Shown here: one piece after another, positions 37,525 through 64,000 of the stretch
How positions within the stretch are numbered: the stretch's first letter is position 1
Layout: the number at the start of each line of letters is the position of its first letter
NCBI GenBank assembly: GCA_012295275.1
Contig: CM022665.1
Span: forward strand, 5,208,001-5,272,000
Length of the DNA: 64,000 bases
Origin: Chrysomallon squamiferum
Taxonomy: Eukaryota; Animalia; Mollusca
Reading direction: 5' to 3'
Program-made: the position numbers and the translations under genes
The notes under the pieces: model-generated
Database searches by the model: none
What the model was told of the DNA's origin: nothing
The model's input: only the letters and a program-made list of their open reading frames with translations

Positions 37525-40116
37525 TTTTTAACTGTTTCTGTCAACTGATTTATGCTGGGAGTTAATTTACCCAGATCAGCAAAACTTTAATATGTTTCTA
37601 ACTGTCAAAAGAGAGGAATAATAAATTAAATAATATGTATTTAAATATTTATTGTTTACTTCTCTCTAATGTTTCCTTTGTTTTATAAAGGAAAGTATCT
37701 GTATTGTATCAGAATTAGAAAATATGTATTAGTATTGTGTATGTATAGAGAATGTATAGAGATTAATCACTGGGAATTAGAAGACCCTGAAAATTATTCA
37801 GAAATCATACAATTTAAAAAACAAAAATTAATCAAAGAATATATATTGCCTATGTATCCATTCCGTACTTTAACATTTTTATAAGCTAGACATGGAATCC
37901 CTTTCTAGTTTTTTGAAACTATTGTGTCTTCTGTATTAACTCTTCCAAATTACAAATATTTTTGTTATAAAACATTGTTTGTTACTTTGTCAATTACTGT
38001 ATTCCAGGATAAAATGTGAAATTTTATTTTATAAACTTAAAAATCATTAACGTAGACTTTGATATGAATCCAATTTGTTATTGGGATATGACCATTAAGG
38101 ATATTATTTTTATGGTAAAATTTTTTACTGATAAGTGTACATATATATATATATATATAGGCCTGTCATTATGACAAATCCTGTATTATATACACCAATT
38201 TAGACATGAATTTCATGTTTTCAGATTAATGCACTTGTATTATTAATTTATTGAGCAATTATAAATGCTGCATAAACATAAATATTACTTTTTTGTTATT
38301 TATTTGTTAGATTATACAACTGTAAATAGAAATTATTATACCAATTATAATGCAATTATTACGTCACTGAAATAACAAACATACTAAAATATGCATATAT
38401 AGCCTCTACTGTGAATTGTATATAAACTAGCCAATGATTGTGATTGTATATTAAGACTGTATATTAATTTTTGTGTGCATACTAGGGAAGTGAAAGAGGA
38501 ACCTTAAACTGATTTTTAGCACTATACAAGAATTAGATGGTCTAGAAAGGTTTATTCTTTTACTCAGTACTTAAGCAATTTAAAAAAATAAAATGAAAAA
38601 TGTACCCACAGAAGTTAAAATTAGCTGTGAATAATTTTAAACTAATCTTCTCTGATATTAAGTCACCAGATTACTACCTCACTTTTTGCACTATCAAAAA
38701 ATCAATTTGAAATCAACAGTCATTACGAATTAATCAGTTTAGCAGTTGTTGTAAATGTGTAATTAATTTTTAAATAGTTTTTAGTTTTTTTTCTATTGAT
38801 GTAAAGTTGTTCAAAATCAAAATGTTAAAAAATGTTACAGTTCTAAACACAATTACTATTGTTATTTTTCTAAGAACTGAAAATAGAATATATCAGTTGA
38901 CTGATGTAACATTATAAGCTTCCACTGTACAAGTATATGAGTTGTAATAGTTTACCTAAATCTCTATGGCCTTAAAGTCTAGAAATCAACATTTCTGTTA
39001 ATCTTGAACATCACAATATACTTAATATAAGCCATTGAAACACAATTTTAAAAAGTTTTCATGTCACAAATGACAACAACTTTTAACTTGTTTTCTTTCC
39101 AAACAGGTTTTTTTCCTTCAAATTTTAATACTTGAAATGTGGGCATTTTTTAATTGGATTTTCATTACTTTAAGATTTTCAAACCCGAACCAATTTTTAA
39201 TTTTACAAAATATATGATGTAATTTTATACCCTTGACTAGCATTTTTATATCTGCTCAGTTACTATTATCCAAATATATTCATTCCATCTTTTGTAATGA
39301 CCTTATTTCCACTGTTGATTTGATATATCTACTGTCAGATGCATTTATAATATTTGTGTGTATCATGTAATAAATCTATTAATATAATACTGAATTTGTT
39401 AGTTATCTCTATTAATGAACAGTGAAAAAAAACCTAGACATTTCTATATTCCAGTTGAACATATAGCAAAAATAGTCTCACCTTAATGAAAATTATATAT
39501 TTTCTGTAATGTGTTTTAATTTTATTTTTTATCATTCAAAAATGTTTTTTTCTGCTTCTATAAACTCTTTCATTATTAATGATTGAAAATTTTGCAACTT
39601 TGTGAATTTAGCATGTTAATAGGGAACATCTTAATGCATTCCCACAAGCTTATTGAGTTTACATTATTATTAGCAAAAAAAAAACAAGACATAACACAAA
39701 TGACTTAGAAGTATGCAAAATGTATTTAAGACATTTGTGTACATACCATAAAAGACAAATGAAAAAATATTAAGTAAAAAGACATAAAGAATTAGTTTTT
39801 ATTTCATTAGTTGTTCCAAAAATGAACAGAAATCATATACATATTCTATTTTCAAATTTTTGTATAACACTGTAACAAAATTAGTAATATTTTTGTTTGT
39901 TTGTATATATTTACTAATTAAAATACAAGAGTTAGTGAGTTCATTTCCAAAGTGTTATTTATGTATTACATCTAATACAATTCAATGATTCTTAAAAGTT
40001 CAATCAGAATTCATTACGATTCCATAAAAATTTAAACACACATCTAACTGTATTGATATCTAAAAGAAATATATTCAGGTGAGCCTGAATAATAATTTAA
40101 TCTAAATTGTCTGTGG

Positions 40117-46185
<6,069 letters not shown>

Positions 46186-46760
46186 TTTAATGTAACCTAA
46201 ATTGTATTTGAACTTTTATAATCACATAAATAAATGGAAATGAAAATATAACAAAGAAAGTGTGAATTAACAACCAGAAATGTTATGTATGTATTAAGAT
46301 ATTTAAAAAAAAAATAATAATTAAATGTGCTGTTTGAAATCTACTTAATCCACAAAAACTAAAAGAAATTAACATACTACAAACAAGTGATAACAACAGT
46401 GTTTTAGTTCATCTATTAATTTGTTATAATTTAATTCTTACTCTCTGCCACTAGTATTAGTATTATCATAACCATCTGTCTTTTATCATTACTAATAATT
46501 TTATGGCGCTAACTTTAACTACAATGTTTCGGGTAAATTTATTTTGGTGTACTGAAATTTAAAAAAAACCCCAAAACAAACAAAACAAAACAAAAAACAA
46601 AAGGGCGATTTTCCACCCTTGTTACATCGGTAACACTGAAATTAATAAAAGCTATGCAATAGTTATAGTAAAGTTCTGAGTGACTAATATAAAAAATACT
46701 GGTATTATTAACGTTAATTGTGCTAAAAGATGGAATTCTGAAATTTACGTGCCCACTGAC

Positions 46761-46802
<42 letters not shown>

Positions 46803-46839
46803 TTAAAAGTAAATACTACAATAAAGACTTAAACTGACT

Positions 46840-47230
46840 GGCCACTTGTAGTGTTCGCCGGTACAGCATTTGACTGATCAACTCGTATGAAATAACTCTA
46901 TTAACTGACGTAAAGAAAAAATAAATCAACAAACATAATATTTTATTAAATCAAACCTTAATCCAAGCCAAATAATTATTTCGGTGATAGGAATTTGTTG
47001 ATATCAAAGACAGTTTCTATTTCCAGATGTTACACAACTTTCTATAATAAGTTTCGTCACTTTTTTGCAACCGCTTATATTAAATATTTCGCTTTAATAT
47101 ATCTTGGATAATACTTAGTAACGTACTAACGACTGACAGTCTATGCCGTATGTATCGCAAACTGTCCGTTAGGCCTCAGGCCTGCCATTCTAAAACATGC
47201 TATAGACGCGGTAGCCGTATATTAAACTAG
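46840..47230 (-). promoter_or_regulatory. Putative YARS1 promoter / noncoding first exon, left copy
   Basis: CpG-richer patch 47120-47220 upstream of the acceptor (caatttag, 46197-46198) that precedes the ATG exon. Confidence 0.45.
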
Positions 47231-47499
47231 TTTCATCTTTATCTTGTGATATGTAAGAAAATCTTTGAAGTAAGTTTTATTATAAACAGGAGAATTTCAT
47301 TAAGTATATATTTTAATGTAAAGTAAATAAATATACGGACAAAAATAATGTTGTTGTAACTTCAATTTAAGTGGATGTCATTCGGTGTAAGAGAATGAAG
47401 GAGGAGAAATTATGGGAATGATTTGATGAAAAAGTCGTTTCATTAAATAAATTTTAGACCTTAGATGCATTTAAAATTAATTATTTTCTGATACTGTGG

Positions 47500-47540
<41 letters not shown>

Positions 47541-47752
47541 ATCTCACCTAATTTATTGCATCATCATAACATATTTTTTGGTGATAAACGTTATTCATTC
47601 AGTTGCTAAAATATCTTGTATGATAGAATACCGGTCATACATATTTATTATCTTTATATATTTAACATTGGAATTTCAGGAAATTTGGTTTTAAAATCAG
47701 TACGGATTGATTTAACACCCGATTATTATTATTATTATTATTATTATTACTT

Positions 47753-47932
47753 CAACACAACAACCACAAACATATAAGCAAAAAATTAAAAATTAAAAAT
47801 AAATACATTATTACAACAATAAAGTTTGAAAGTTAGCAAGACTTTCTAAAATGTGACGATATTTCCCAACATTTTTTTACTGCAATTTATTTTAATAGTT
47901 TAACAAAAATCTTAATTTGTTTTTTTCCCCCA
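47753..47932 (+). repeat. Templated insertion at the duplication junction, copied from the last CEP57 intron (35697-35878)
   Basis: caacacaacaaccacaaacatataagc...ttccccca matches 35697-35878 and ~50743-50922. Confidence 0.93.
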
Positions 47933-48163
47933 AAACTATTTTAAATTGTACTGTGAAATTAATGATATATTGTCTCAGGAAAATATTTTATGGTTTTTGC
48001 AGGTGGCACATGTATATTGATAGATAATACATGTGCTTTGCTGGTATGAATATTGACCAAGTATTAAAGTAAAAAAAAAAAAAAGAAGAAATTTCGTTGT
48101 TCAGTTTTGTAATAGTCACATAGTGTATGTGTTTTAAAGAAAGTAAGATGTTTTTGATTTCAG

Positions 48164-50303
48164 AACAAAATACGAGAACTAGAAAACAAATTAAGAGAAG
48201 AAAGAAGAAATAGACAGTATGTCCAGAAGAGGGCTGCTGAAGTATGTCTTTATTTCAAATTCTTTTTCATGGTTATTAGTGAATTAAAACTTTTACCTCT
48301 TTGTATTTTTTTGCTAATTATTTTTAAGTTATTGACTGAGTATTTATTTGACTGGACCATGACACATTATTGTTGTTATTATTATTAGATTAATATGTTA
48401 TTACATTTTTTTGAAGTTTGTTGCTTATGGGAGAAAAGCTCTCACATAAATCTGTTATTTTTTGGTCACATTAATATTTACATTTTATAATTATTCCAGT
48501 ATCTGATATTTATGTACATGCTTTTGTGTTACTGTATATTTCCTTTTCTTTTCTTTTTTGTTTTCTTTAATTTGAAATGAAACCGTATGAAAGGCATCAA
48601 CTACTTTTTATTTTAATATTTTTTTAGTCATTATTTTAATTTAGTTACCTTTGTCTTTATATTTTCAGTTGGAAACTTTAACAGCAGCTAACAGAATCCT
48701 TTCAAATGGGGAAATCCCATGTAGATTACCAGAAAAGTCCAGAAAAGTTGTGAAAAAGGAAACGAAAAAAATAGTTTCATCCAAGAAATTTCCTTACAAC
48801 AACAGAAAAGTGGAACCACCCAAGCATTTTCGAGTTAATCTTGCAGAAATTCCATTTGTTGCTGGCACGGTAAGAAAGATGAAAAACAGTTATTGCTTTC
48901 TTCAGCATTTGCAGATGAAAAGTGTTATTTGTAATACCTTATATGTTTGTATTATTATACCTGATTTTTCTGTTATCTGCATTTTGTAATAGTGAAAGTT
49001 ATTATTAGACTTTCAAATAATGTTAATTTTGACATCACTATCCATTAATTTATAATTGCTTTTTAATATAAGTATATTTAGAATATACAAACTAAGTTAT
49101 GATAATATAGCTTATATTTATTTTGATTACTTCAGTTTGTTTTGTTTCTGACATTCAGTCCTTGCTAACCTGTGTCATACTGACATAGTAGCATACATTT
49201 TTGAGGATGCCTGAAAATGTATATTTTATCTGTTTAAAAATGTGATATTCCTATTATTTTATTTACTTGTAATTCGCAATAATTAACTTGTAAGACAGTA
49301 TTTTGGTAAAACAGACATTTAAATACAAATAATAAAACCTAAAAGGAGCTATAGCTTCATTAAATCATTTACTCATTTATTTTTTATAACATCGGTTTTA
49401 ACTTTAGTGAGAATGCTTTGTACCATAATTTGTCAGTGAAACAAAAAACATTCACTACCTTCTAAAACAATTTTCGGTTTCTGAAACAATTATTATTTAT
49501 TTCAGTCAACATCTGCCAGCCATGCTGTTGGTGCTAACGTTCAGAAAGTCATTGCTTTGATGAAGACTCACAACTTGGCTCTGTGTTCATCGTTAACAGA
49601 CAACCACCACGACAATGCCAGGTCAGGCAGCAGCATGTCCTCAGATTCCAGCAGCACCAGCTTCGACTGCGACTTGTCTGATCTCCTCCTTCAGCTGCAG
49701 GATGAGTTTGGACAACTCAGTGTGTGAGTAACTTTGCGAGAAATCTCTTACTTACCTGCACACTGATGTCATGAATCAGTTGTTGTGACATTTCATAGAA
49801 AGGTTAAGGATCGTGCTGAGTGTATAGACCTCGTCATAATAACTTAAACAAATTAATTGTTTATGATACTTCATTTTATTTAGGTATTGTAGTCTTTACA
49901 GAATTATCCATAATAAAGAAATTCGATGTACTGTTTTTCTATTTCACTTGATATAATTAAACCAAAATTTGTTTTAAATACTACAATTCATATCATTTCT
50001 GTGTTGCAGTTTTTACAAAATTATCCGTAATAAAGAAATTTGATGTACTGTTTTACTTTTCGATATGATATAATGGAACCTGTCAGTGATATAATTAAAA
50101 ATTCTATATCTTGGATAGTCCAGAGACATTTTTTAATTAGTTCTTATAGTGTGTGTTTGCTAATAATATAGAGTATGGAGCTAAATGTACAGGTGGGATA
50201 CATTGGTGTTAACGTGAATCATTTTATAAATAGAAATGTGGAAAAATCCTGGCTGACTGAGGATTTAGCCTCTCAGTCTTTTACAATTTTAATGGCAATA
50301 GTT

Positions 50304-50338
<35 letters not shown>

Positions 50339-51228
50339 CAAAACTGCAGTGAGCATCAGGAATTGGTGAACCAGATAAATGAATGCCAGGATTTCCAGTT
50401 GAGAGAAGACTTGGAGAGAGAACTCCAGTCTACAGTATACAAACTAGAAACTAAAGGACTACAGATATCAAAAATTAGACAACATCAACAAAAAGTTAGT
50501 CACAGAAATTGTTTTCTGAGAAACATTTTAGTTTGTAATGAACAGATTATGTCAACTATACTGAAATTTTAACATCTAGCAATCTAACTCAATGCAGCTT
50601 ACCATTATTAAAATACCAGTTGTAAAACCTTAGGCAAAATGAAATGTGTTTCCTTCAGACTGAACATTTCTATTTTTTTGTGCAACTGTAGACTAATCAT
50701 TAAACATCATATTTAAAAAATAAAAAAAAGAGATGAGAAACCCAACACAACAACCACAAACATATAAGCAAAAAATTAAAAATTAAAAATAAATACATTA
50801 TTACAACAATAAAGTTTGAAAGTTAACAAGACCTTCTATAAAATGTGATGATATTTCCCAACATTTTTGTACTGCAATTTATTTTAATAGTTTAACAAAA
50901 ATCTTAATTTTTTTTTTCTCCATTTCCTTTCCGTCTTTTTCAATATCAGACACTCCTGTAAATTACAGTGAAATTTTATTTGTCCCGACAGTTGCAGAAT
51001 TTGAAGTGCAAGAAGAAGAAATCGAACAAATGTGTTTCCCGTCACAAGTCACCGGAGAGACCAAAGTCAGGACACGCCTGTCTTTCCTCGGGGAGGAGAC
51101 CAGAAGAGTCACATCAGACACGATCGTCAAGTAACGAGCGAAGCAGCACAGCTCGTGCACTGGACGTTCTGAAAGACATGAAAAAAGTACAAACCACTCT
51201 CCGAAGAGACGACATCAACTGGGAATAA
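48164..51228 (+). pseudogene. CEP57: 5'-truncated CEP57 duplicate (exons 5-9 only); reading frames and splice sites intact
   Basis: Lacks exons 1-4 and the native promoter; amino-acid changes KKKKKK>KKETKK, SIVYK>STVYK, RRTEE>RRPEE, KKLQ>KKVQ. Confidence 0.85.
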
Positions 51229-54200
51229 AACAGAATTACCTCTTTATCTGTGATATTAGCAGTCTTAGTTAGAACTATTGTATTTATTTTTTACAAAGTT
51301 TTGAAGTCAACTCGGCTCAGAATCACGTTTGTTTGTTTGTTTTTGTTGTTGGTGTTCTTCCACGTTTTTATTCCTCTGATCATCGTGTAATTTTTCGTTA
51401 GAACAATACTTTTATTTTATTTTTAAATTTTAATGTTTGATCAGTGCTGTTGGAAGATCTGGAAGGAGAAGCAGTGTTTGATGCATTTAATGTTCGATAG
51501 GTAGTTTGAATAAAACGTCAGTAGATAGGTGAAGTGAATCTTAATACATTATCAAACTTTTATAAAGTAAAGAAACCGATTATTACATTCAGAAATATTT
51601 TTGATATTAAAGTGTCTACGTTTATATTCATTTACAATTCATCACAGAATGAATAATTTAATACAATTTAATTTATAAAAAGTAGGCCAGAATGAAATGA
51701 TGATTTCAAATCATTGAGAGTAAATATTAAAATATTTATTAGAATCCAGCGAAATGCATTATTTTATTACATACAAACAGATAAAATGGATATTTTTAAT
51801 TAATAGAATGAACTAAAGTAAAAATGTTCACTATAAACAGAAAAAACAACAACAAAAAAATAAAATAAAATAAAAATGAAAAAAAAGTACATGCAGTAAG
51901 AATATAGATATTTTGATTACATAAATTTCCTTTGTTTTACTTGAATCAAGAAGTTTTATATTATAGTCTGGTATTTTAAACCCAGAAATTGTTTTTTAAA
52001 ATTATGTTTTATGTTTTAAATTTCACAACATATCCGTGTAAAATACAACGACATTGTCACATATTTTATAATGTAATTTTAAATAAAAAAATAGGCTGGT
52101 ATCAAAAGTATGATAGCAGGCTAGGATTCAACTTAATTTTTCTTATTTCATAAACAAGTGCTATTTGAACCTATTTGAACCTATATCAGGCACATTGAAG
52201 AAGATAAAATATTTCATTTATATCAGTGTAAAACATGTAATAAAAATAAAATATCAATGTTTTGGTTTTTATTCTATATAATTAATTTATTTTTATTTTT
52301 TAAATGAAGAGTGCTCATAATTATGGACCACAAGCTCGAGAGATTTTTTCTTTTTTTTTTCTTTGATATAATTATTTCACTTATTAGTTATTAAAATTAA
52401 TTTCAAATCCTTCTGGAAGAAAAAACCAGGTTCATTCTTTCATCTTTTTTATTTTTTCAGACCTTTCATATTTTCCTATTTGAATGTTTTAGTTTAAACA
52501 TTCTTTTTTGATATTATTATTATTATTATTATTTCTTTTTAACTGTTTCTGTCAACTGATTTATGCTGGGAGTTAATTTACCCAGATCAGCAAAACATTA
52601 ATATGTTTCTAACTGTCAAAAGAGAGGAATAATAAATTAAATAATATGTATTTAAATATTTATTGTTTACTTCTCTCTAATGTTTCCTTTGTTTTATAAA
52701 GGAAAGTATTTGTATTGTATCAGAATTAGAAAATATGTATTAGTATTGTGTATGTATAGAGAATGTATAGAGATTAATCACTGGGAATTAGAAGACCCTG
52801 AAAATTATTCGGAAATCATACAATTTAAAAAACAAAAATTAATCAAAGAATATATATTGCCTGTGTATCCATTCCGTACTTTAACATTTTTATAAGCTAG
52901 ACATGGAATCCCTTTCTAGTTTTTTGAAACTATTGTGTCTTCTGTATTAACTCTTCCAAATTACAAATATTTTTGTTATAAAACATTGTTTGTTACTTTG
53001 TCAGTTACTGTATTCCAGGATAAAATGTGAAATTTTATTTTATAAACTTAAAAATCATTAACGTAGACTTTGATATGAATCCAGTTTGTTATTGGGATAT
53101 GACCATTAAGGATATTATTTTTATGGTAAAATTTTTTACTGATAAGTGTACATATATATATATATATATATAGGCCTGTCATTATGACAAATCCTGTATT
53201 ATATACACCAATTTAGACATGAATTTCATGTTTTCAGATTAATGCACTTGTATTATTAATTTATTGAGCAATTATAAATGCTGCATAAACATAAATATTA
53301 CTTTTTTTTGTTATTTATTTGTTAGATTATACAACTGTAAATAGAAATTATTATACCAATTATAATGCAATTATTACGTCACTGAAATAACAAACATACT
53401 AAAATATGCATATATAGCCTCTACTGTGAATTGTATATAAACTAGCCAATGATTGTGATTGTATATTAAGACTGTAGATTAATTTTTGTGTGCATACTAG
53501 GGAAGTAAAAGAGGAACCTTAAACTGATTTTTAGCACTATACAAGAATTAGATGGTCTAGAAAGGTTTATTCTTTTACTCAGTACTTAAGCAATTTAAAA
53601 AAATAAAATGAAAAATGTACCCACAGAAGTTAAAATTAGCTGTGAATAATTTTAAACTAATCTTCTCTGATATTAAGTCACCAGATTACTACCTCACTTT
53701 TTGCACTATCAAAAAAATCAATTTGAAATCAACAGTCATTACGAATTAATCAGTTTAGCAGTTGTTGTAAATGTGTAATTAATTTTTAAATAGTTTTTAG
53801 TTTTTTTCTGTTGATGTGAAGTTGTTCAAAATCAAAATGTTAAAAAATGTTACAGTTCTAAACACAATTACTATTGTTATTTTTCTAAGAACTGAAAATA
53901 GAATATATCAGTTGACTGATGTAACATTATAAGCTTCCACTGTACAAGTATATGAGTTGTAATAGTTTACCTAAATCTCTATGGCCTTAAAGTCTAGAAA
54001 TCAACATTTCTGTTAATCTTGAACATCACAATATACTTAATATAAGCCATTGAAACACAATTTTAAAAAGTTTTCATGTCACAAATGACAACAACTTTTA
54101 ACTTGTTTTCTTTCCAAACAGGTTTTTTTCCTTCAAATTTTAATACTTGAAATGTGGGCATTTTTTAATTGGATTTTCATTACTTTAAGATTTTCAAACC

Positions 54201-55131
54201 CGAACCAATTTTTAATTTTACAAAATATATGATGTAATTTTATACCCATGACTAGCATTTTTATATCTGCTCAGTTACTATTATCCAAATATATTCATTC
54301 CATCTTTTGTAATGACCTTATTTCCACTGTTGATTTGATATATCTACTGTCAGATGCATTTATAATATTTGTGTGTATCATGTAATAAATCTATTAATAT
54401 AATACTGAATTTGTTAGTTATCTCTATTAATGAACAGTGAAAAAAAACATTTCTATATTCCAGTCGAATCTATAGCAAAAATTGTCTCACCTTAATGAAA
54501 ATTATATATTTTCTGTAATGTGTTTTAATTTTATTTTTTATCATTCCAAAATGTTTTTTCCTGCTTCTATAAACTCTTTCATTATTAATGATTGAAAATT
54601 TTGCAACTTTGTGAATTTAGCATGTTAATAGGGAACATCTTAATGCATTCCCACAAGCTTATTGAGTTTACATTATTATTAGCAAAAAAACAACACATAA
54701 CACAAATGACTTAGAAGTATGCAGAATGTATTTAAGACATTTGTGTACATACCATAAAAGACAAATGAAAAAATATTAAGTAAAAAGCCATAAAGAATTA
54801 GTTTTTATTTCATTAGTTGTTCCAAAAATGAACAGAAATCATATACATATTCTATTTTCAAATTTTTGTATAACACTGTAACAAAATTAGTAATATTTTT
54901 GTTTGTTTGTATTAAAACTAATTAAAATACAAAAGTTAGTGAGTTCATTTCCAAAGTGGTATTTATGTATTACATCTAATACAATTCAATGATTCTTAAA
55001 AGTCTAATCTGAATTCATTACGATTCCATAAAAATTTAAACACACATCTAACTGTATTGATATCTAAAAGATATCTAAAAGAAATATATTCAGGTGAGCC
55101 TGAATAATAATTTAATCTAGATTGTCTGTGG

Positions 55132-61247
<6,116 letters not shown>

Positions 61248-63452
61248 TTTAATGTAACCTAAATTGTATTTGAACTTTTATAATCACATAAATGAATGGA
61301 AATGAAAATATAACAAAGAAAGTGTGAATTAACAACCAGAAATGTTATGTATGTATTAATATATTTAAATTAATAATAATTAAATGTGCTGTTTGAAATC
61401 TACTTAATCCACAAAAACTAAAAGAAATTAACATACTACAAACAAGTGATAACAACAGTGTTTTAGTTCATCTATTAGTTTGTTATAATTTAATTCTTAC
61501 TCTCTGCCACTAGTATTAGTATTATCATAACCATTTGTCTTTTATCATTACTAATAATTTTATTGCGCTAACTTTAACTACAATGTTTCGGGTAAATTTA
61601 TTTTGGTGTACTGAAATTTAAAAAAAACCCCAAAACAAACAAAACAAAACAAAAAACAAAAGGGCGATTTTCCACCCTTGTTACATCGGTAACACTGAAA
61701 TTAATAAAAGCTATGCAATAGTTATAGTAAAGTTCTGAGTGACTAATATAAAAAATACTGGTATTATTAACGTTAATTGTGCTAAAAGATGGAATTCTGA
61801 AATTTACGTGCCCACTGACAATAATAATAATAATAATGTAAAAGTAAATACTACAATAAAGACTTAAACTGACTGGCCACTTGTAGTGTTCGCCGGTACA
61901 GCATTTGACTGATCAACTCGTATTAAATAACTCTATTAACTGACGTAAAGAAAAAATAAATCAACAAACATAATATTTTATTAAATCAAACCTTAATCCA
62001 AGCCAAATAATTATTTCGGTGATAGGAATTTGTTGATATCAAAGACAGTTTCTATTTCCAGATGTTACACAACTCATATTGCAATTTTCTATAATAATTT
62101 TCGTCACCTTTTTAGCAACCGCTTATATTAAATATTTCGCTTTAATATATCTTGGATAATACTCAGTAACGTACTAACGACTGACAGTCTATGCCGTATG
62201 TCTCGCAAACTGTCCGTTAGGCCTCAGGCCTGCCATTCTAAAACATGCTATAGACGCGGTAGCCGTATATTAAACTAGTTTCATCTTTATCTTGTGATAT
62301 GTAAGAAAATCTTTGAAGTAAGTTTTATTATAAACAGGAGAATTTCATTAAGTACATATTTTAATGTAAAGTAAATAAATATACGGACAAAAATAATGTT
62401 GTTGTAACTTCGATTTAAGTGGATGTCATTCGGTGTAAGAGAATGAAGGAGGAGAAATTATGGGAATGATTTGATGAAAAAGTCGTTTCATTAAATAAAT
62501 TTTAGACCTTAGATGCATTTAAAATTAATTATTATTACTTCATTTTATTATCTTTTTCTAATTTCTTTTATTTAATCTCGACTGTTTGTGTATGGTTTAG
62601 CCTACGAAATAAAATTGTGGTCGGTAACCTCATAGTCGTTGCATTTCACGACAATCACATTACAATATGTAAATTAAATATGTCTTTCACTACCTTTATT
62701 GAAACTTAAATGATAAATTACGTGTAAAACAGTTAAAACACAGATTTATATCAATCAAGTAATTTGTTATAAATTTACGACATTGCCATATTTTTGCAGT
62801 TCCTGTCAAAGGTCACTTTTTCGAAGCAGATTTTTGAAGTTGATAATATTATGATTATATTCAAATACTGTGACATCCCAGTACTTATTTAAAATAATGT
62901 AAGTAATGTATTGTTAATCAAGATTTTGGTGAACATGCTGATGTAAGATAAAGTTGTTTGCAGAATTAGGTCACTGTCATTCATTAACTGATTAGGTCAT
63001 TCACTGATTCAGTTGCACCTCAGGCTGTGCAGCGCTCATAACTAATCCTTAAGCGGTAGCCACAAGGGAGGTGTTGGTTTAGATTCGACGAGTTAGCATA
63101 GCAATGAATGAAAGTCCAATGATACGTAACACAGATTAATAATATTAGTAATAAATATGAGAAAGGAAACTTGAACACTATGAATATGCCTGTATATGGT
63201 GTGTATCGATGAACTGGATAATACTTCGTTCTACAATAGCCAGAATTGGATTATAATTTATAGAGCAGTGTAAAAGCATTATGGTTATACTGTTTAAAGA
63301 GCTTCATTTTGGTTGTAATAACTTTGAGAGGTATACATTTTAAACTTTTTATTCATTTGACATACATATAAATAATATATATATTTTTTTAAATTACAAA
63401 AAAAAAAAAAAAAAAAAAAAAATGAAATAAAATGATTCATTGAATACATTTA

Positions 63453-63455
<3 letters not shown>

Positions 63456-63484
<29 letters not shown>
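63456..63484. repeat. (TG)n microsatellite
   Basis: Directly visible. Confidence 0.9.
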
Positions 63485-63487
<3 letters not shown>

Positions 63488-64000
63488 GTCTGTATGTTTG
63501 TATGTCTCTACAGTAAACTCTTTTAGTATCAAATGTCATGCTGTCTTAAAGCAAGATGAGGGTCCTGACTGTTTCTCAATATGAACATGTTGTAATTTGT
63601 ACGTCTGTTTTGAAATTCAAGATTAAAATTCACACAGAATAGGATTAAAGGTGATTACAATTGAATTACTGTATTTGAAATGTTTTTAAGAAATACATTT
63701 GGAAAACAAAAAATGTGTTTCTTCAATCATTTAGTGAGAACCAATGAATTTTTCCACATTATATTCAAACTGACTAGCTGGACAGAAAACCAAGCAGTTG
63801 ACTGTTACAAACCTTTTCCAGAAGTCTCGAAGTAAAAATTTTGTATTAACTCTTTGACAAAATGTTCTGCTGTTATTGATTTTTTTAATATGCAAGATAC
63901 AGGATGTATTTTTACGTGTTGTATATGTATTTCAAAGTTTAAGTTATGTTGTATTTTAATTCAGAGATTTTGATAACAATTAGCTTTTACTGAATACAGG

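Noticed and set aside
37669-37884. 71-aa ORF retained in both duplicates (also 52680-52895)
   Set aside because: Retention is expected from recent duplication; AT-rich, no recognisable motif, probably CEP57 3'UTR or intergenic
63058-63076. CTCF-like ccacaagggaggtg
   Set aside because: Too many mismatches to the core consensus to call

Overview
AT-rich, microsatellite-rich animal genomic DNA (probably an invertebrate; taxon not determinable) with intron-rich housekeeping genes. Hand-splicing gives: the 5' part of POLR3B (-), head-to-head with complete RTN4IP1 (+); complete FAM76 (-), head-to-head with complete CEP57 (+); and complete cytoplasmic tyrosyl-tRNA synthetase YARS1 (-). A ~15 kb tandem duplication (~33007-47754 / ~47931-62542) adds a second full YARS1 and a 5'-truncated CEP57. 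The junction carries a 180-bp templated insert with CA microhomology at both ends. In the left YARS1 copy, exon 10 (the linker into the EMAP-II-like domain) has lost its acceptor pyrimidine tract and gained an in-frame ATG. Skipping that exon would give a ~360-aa mini-TyrRS, so the bifunctional enzyme may be splitting at the gene level (hypothesis only). Also present: a Tc1-like MITE with microsatellite-extended inverted repeats and an intronic dispersed repeat. Gene identities rest on remembered similarity to human proteins, not on database searches.
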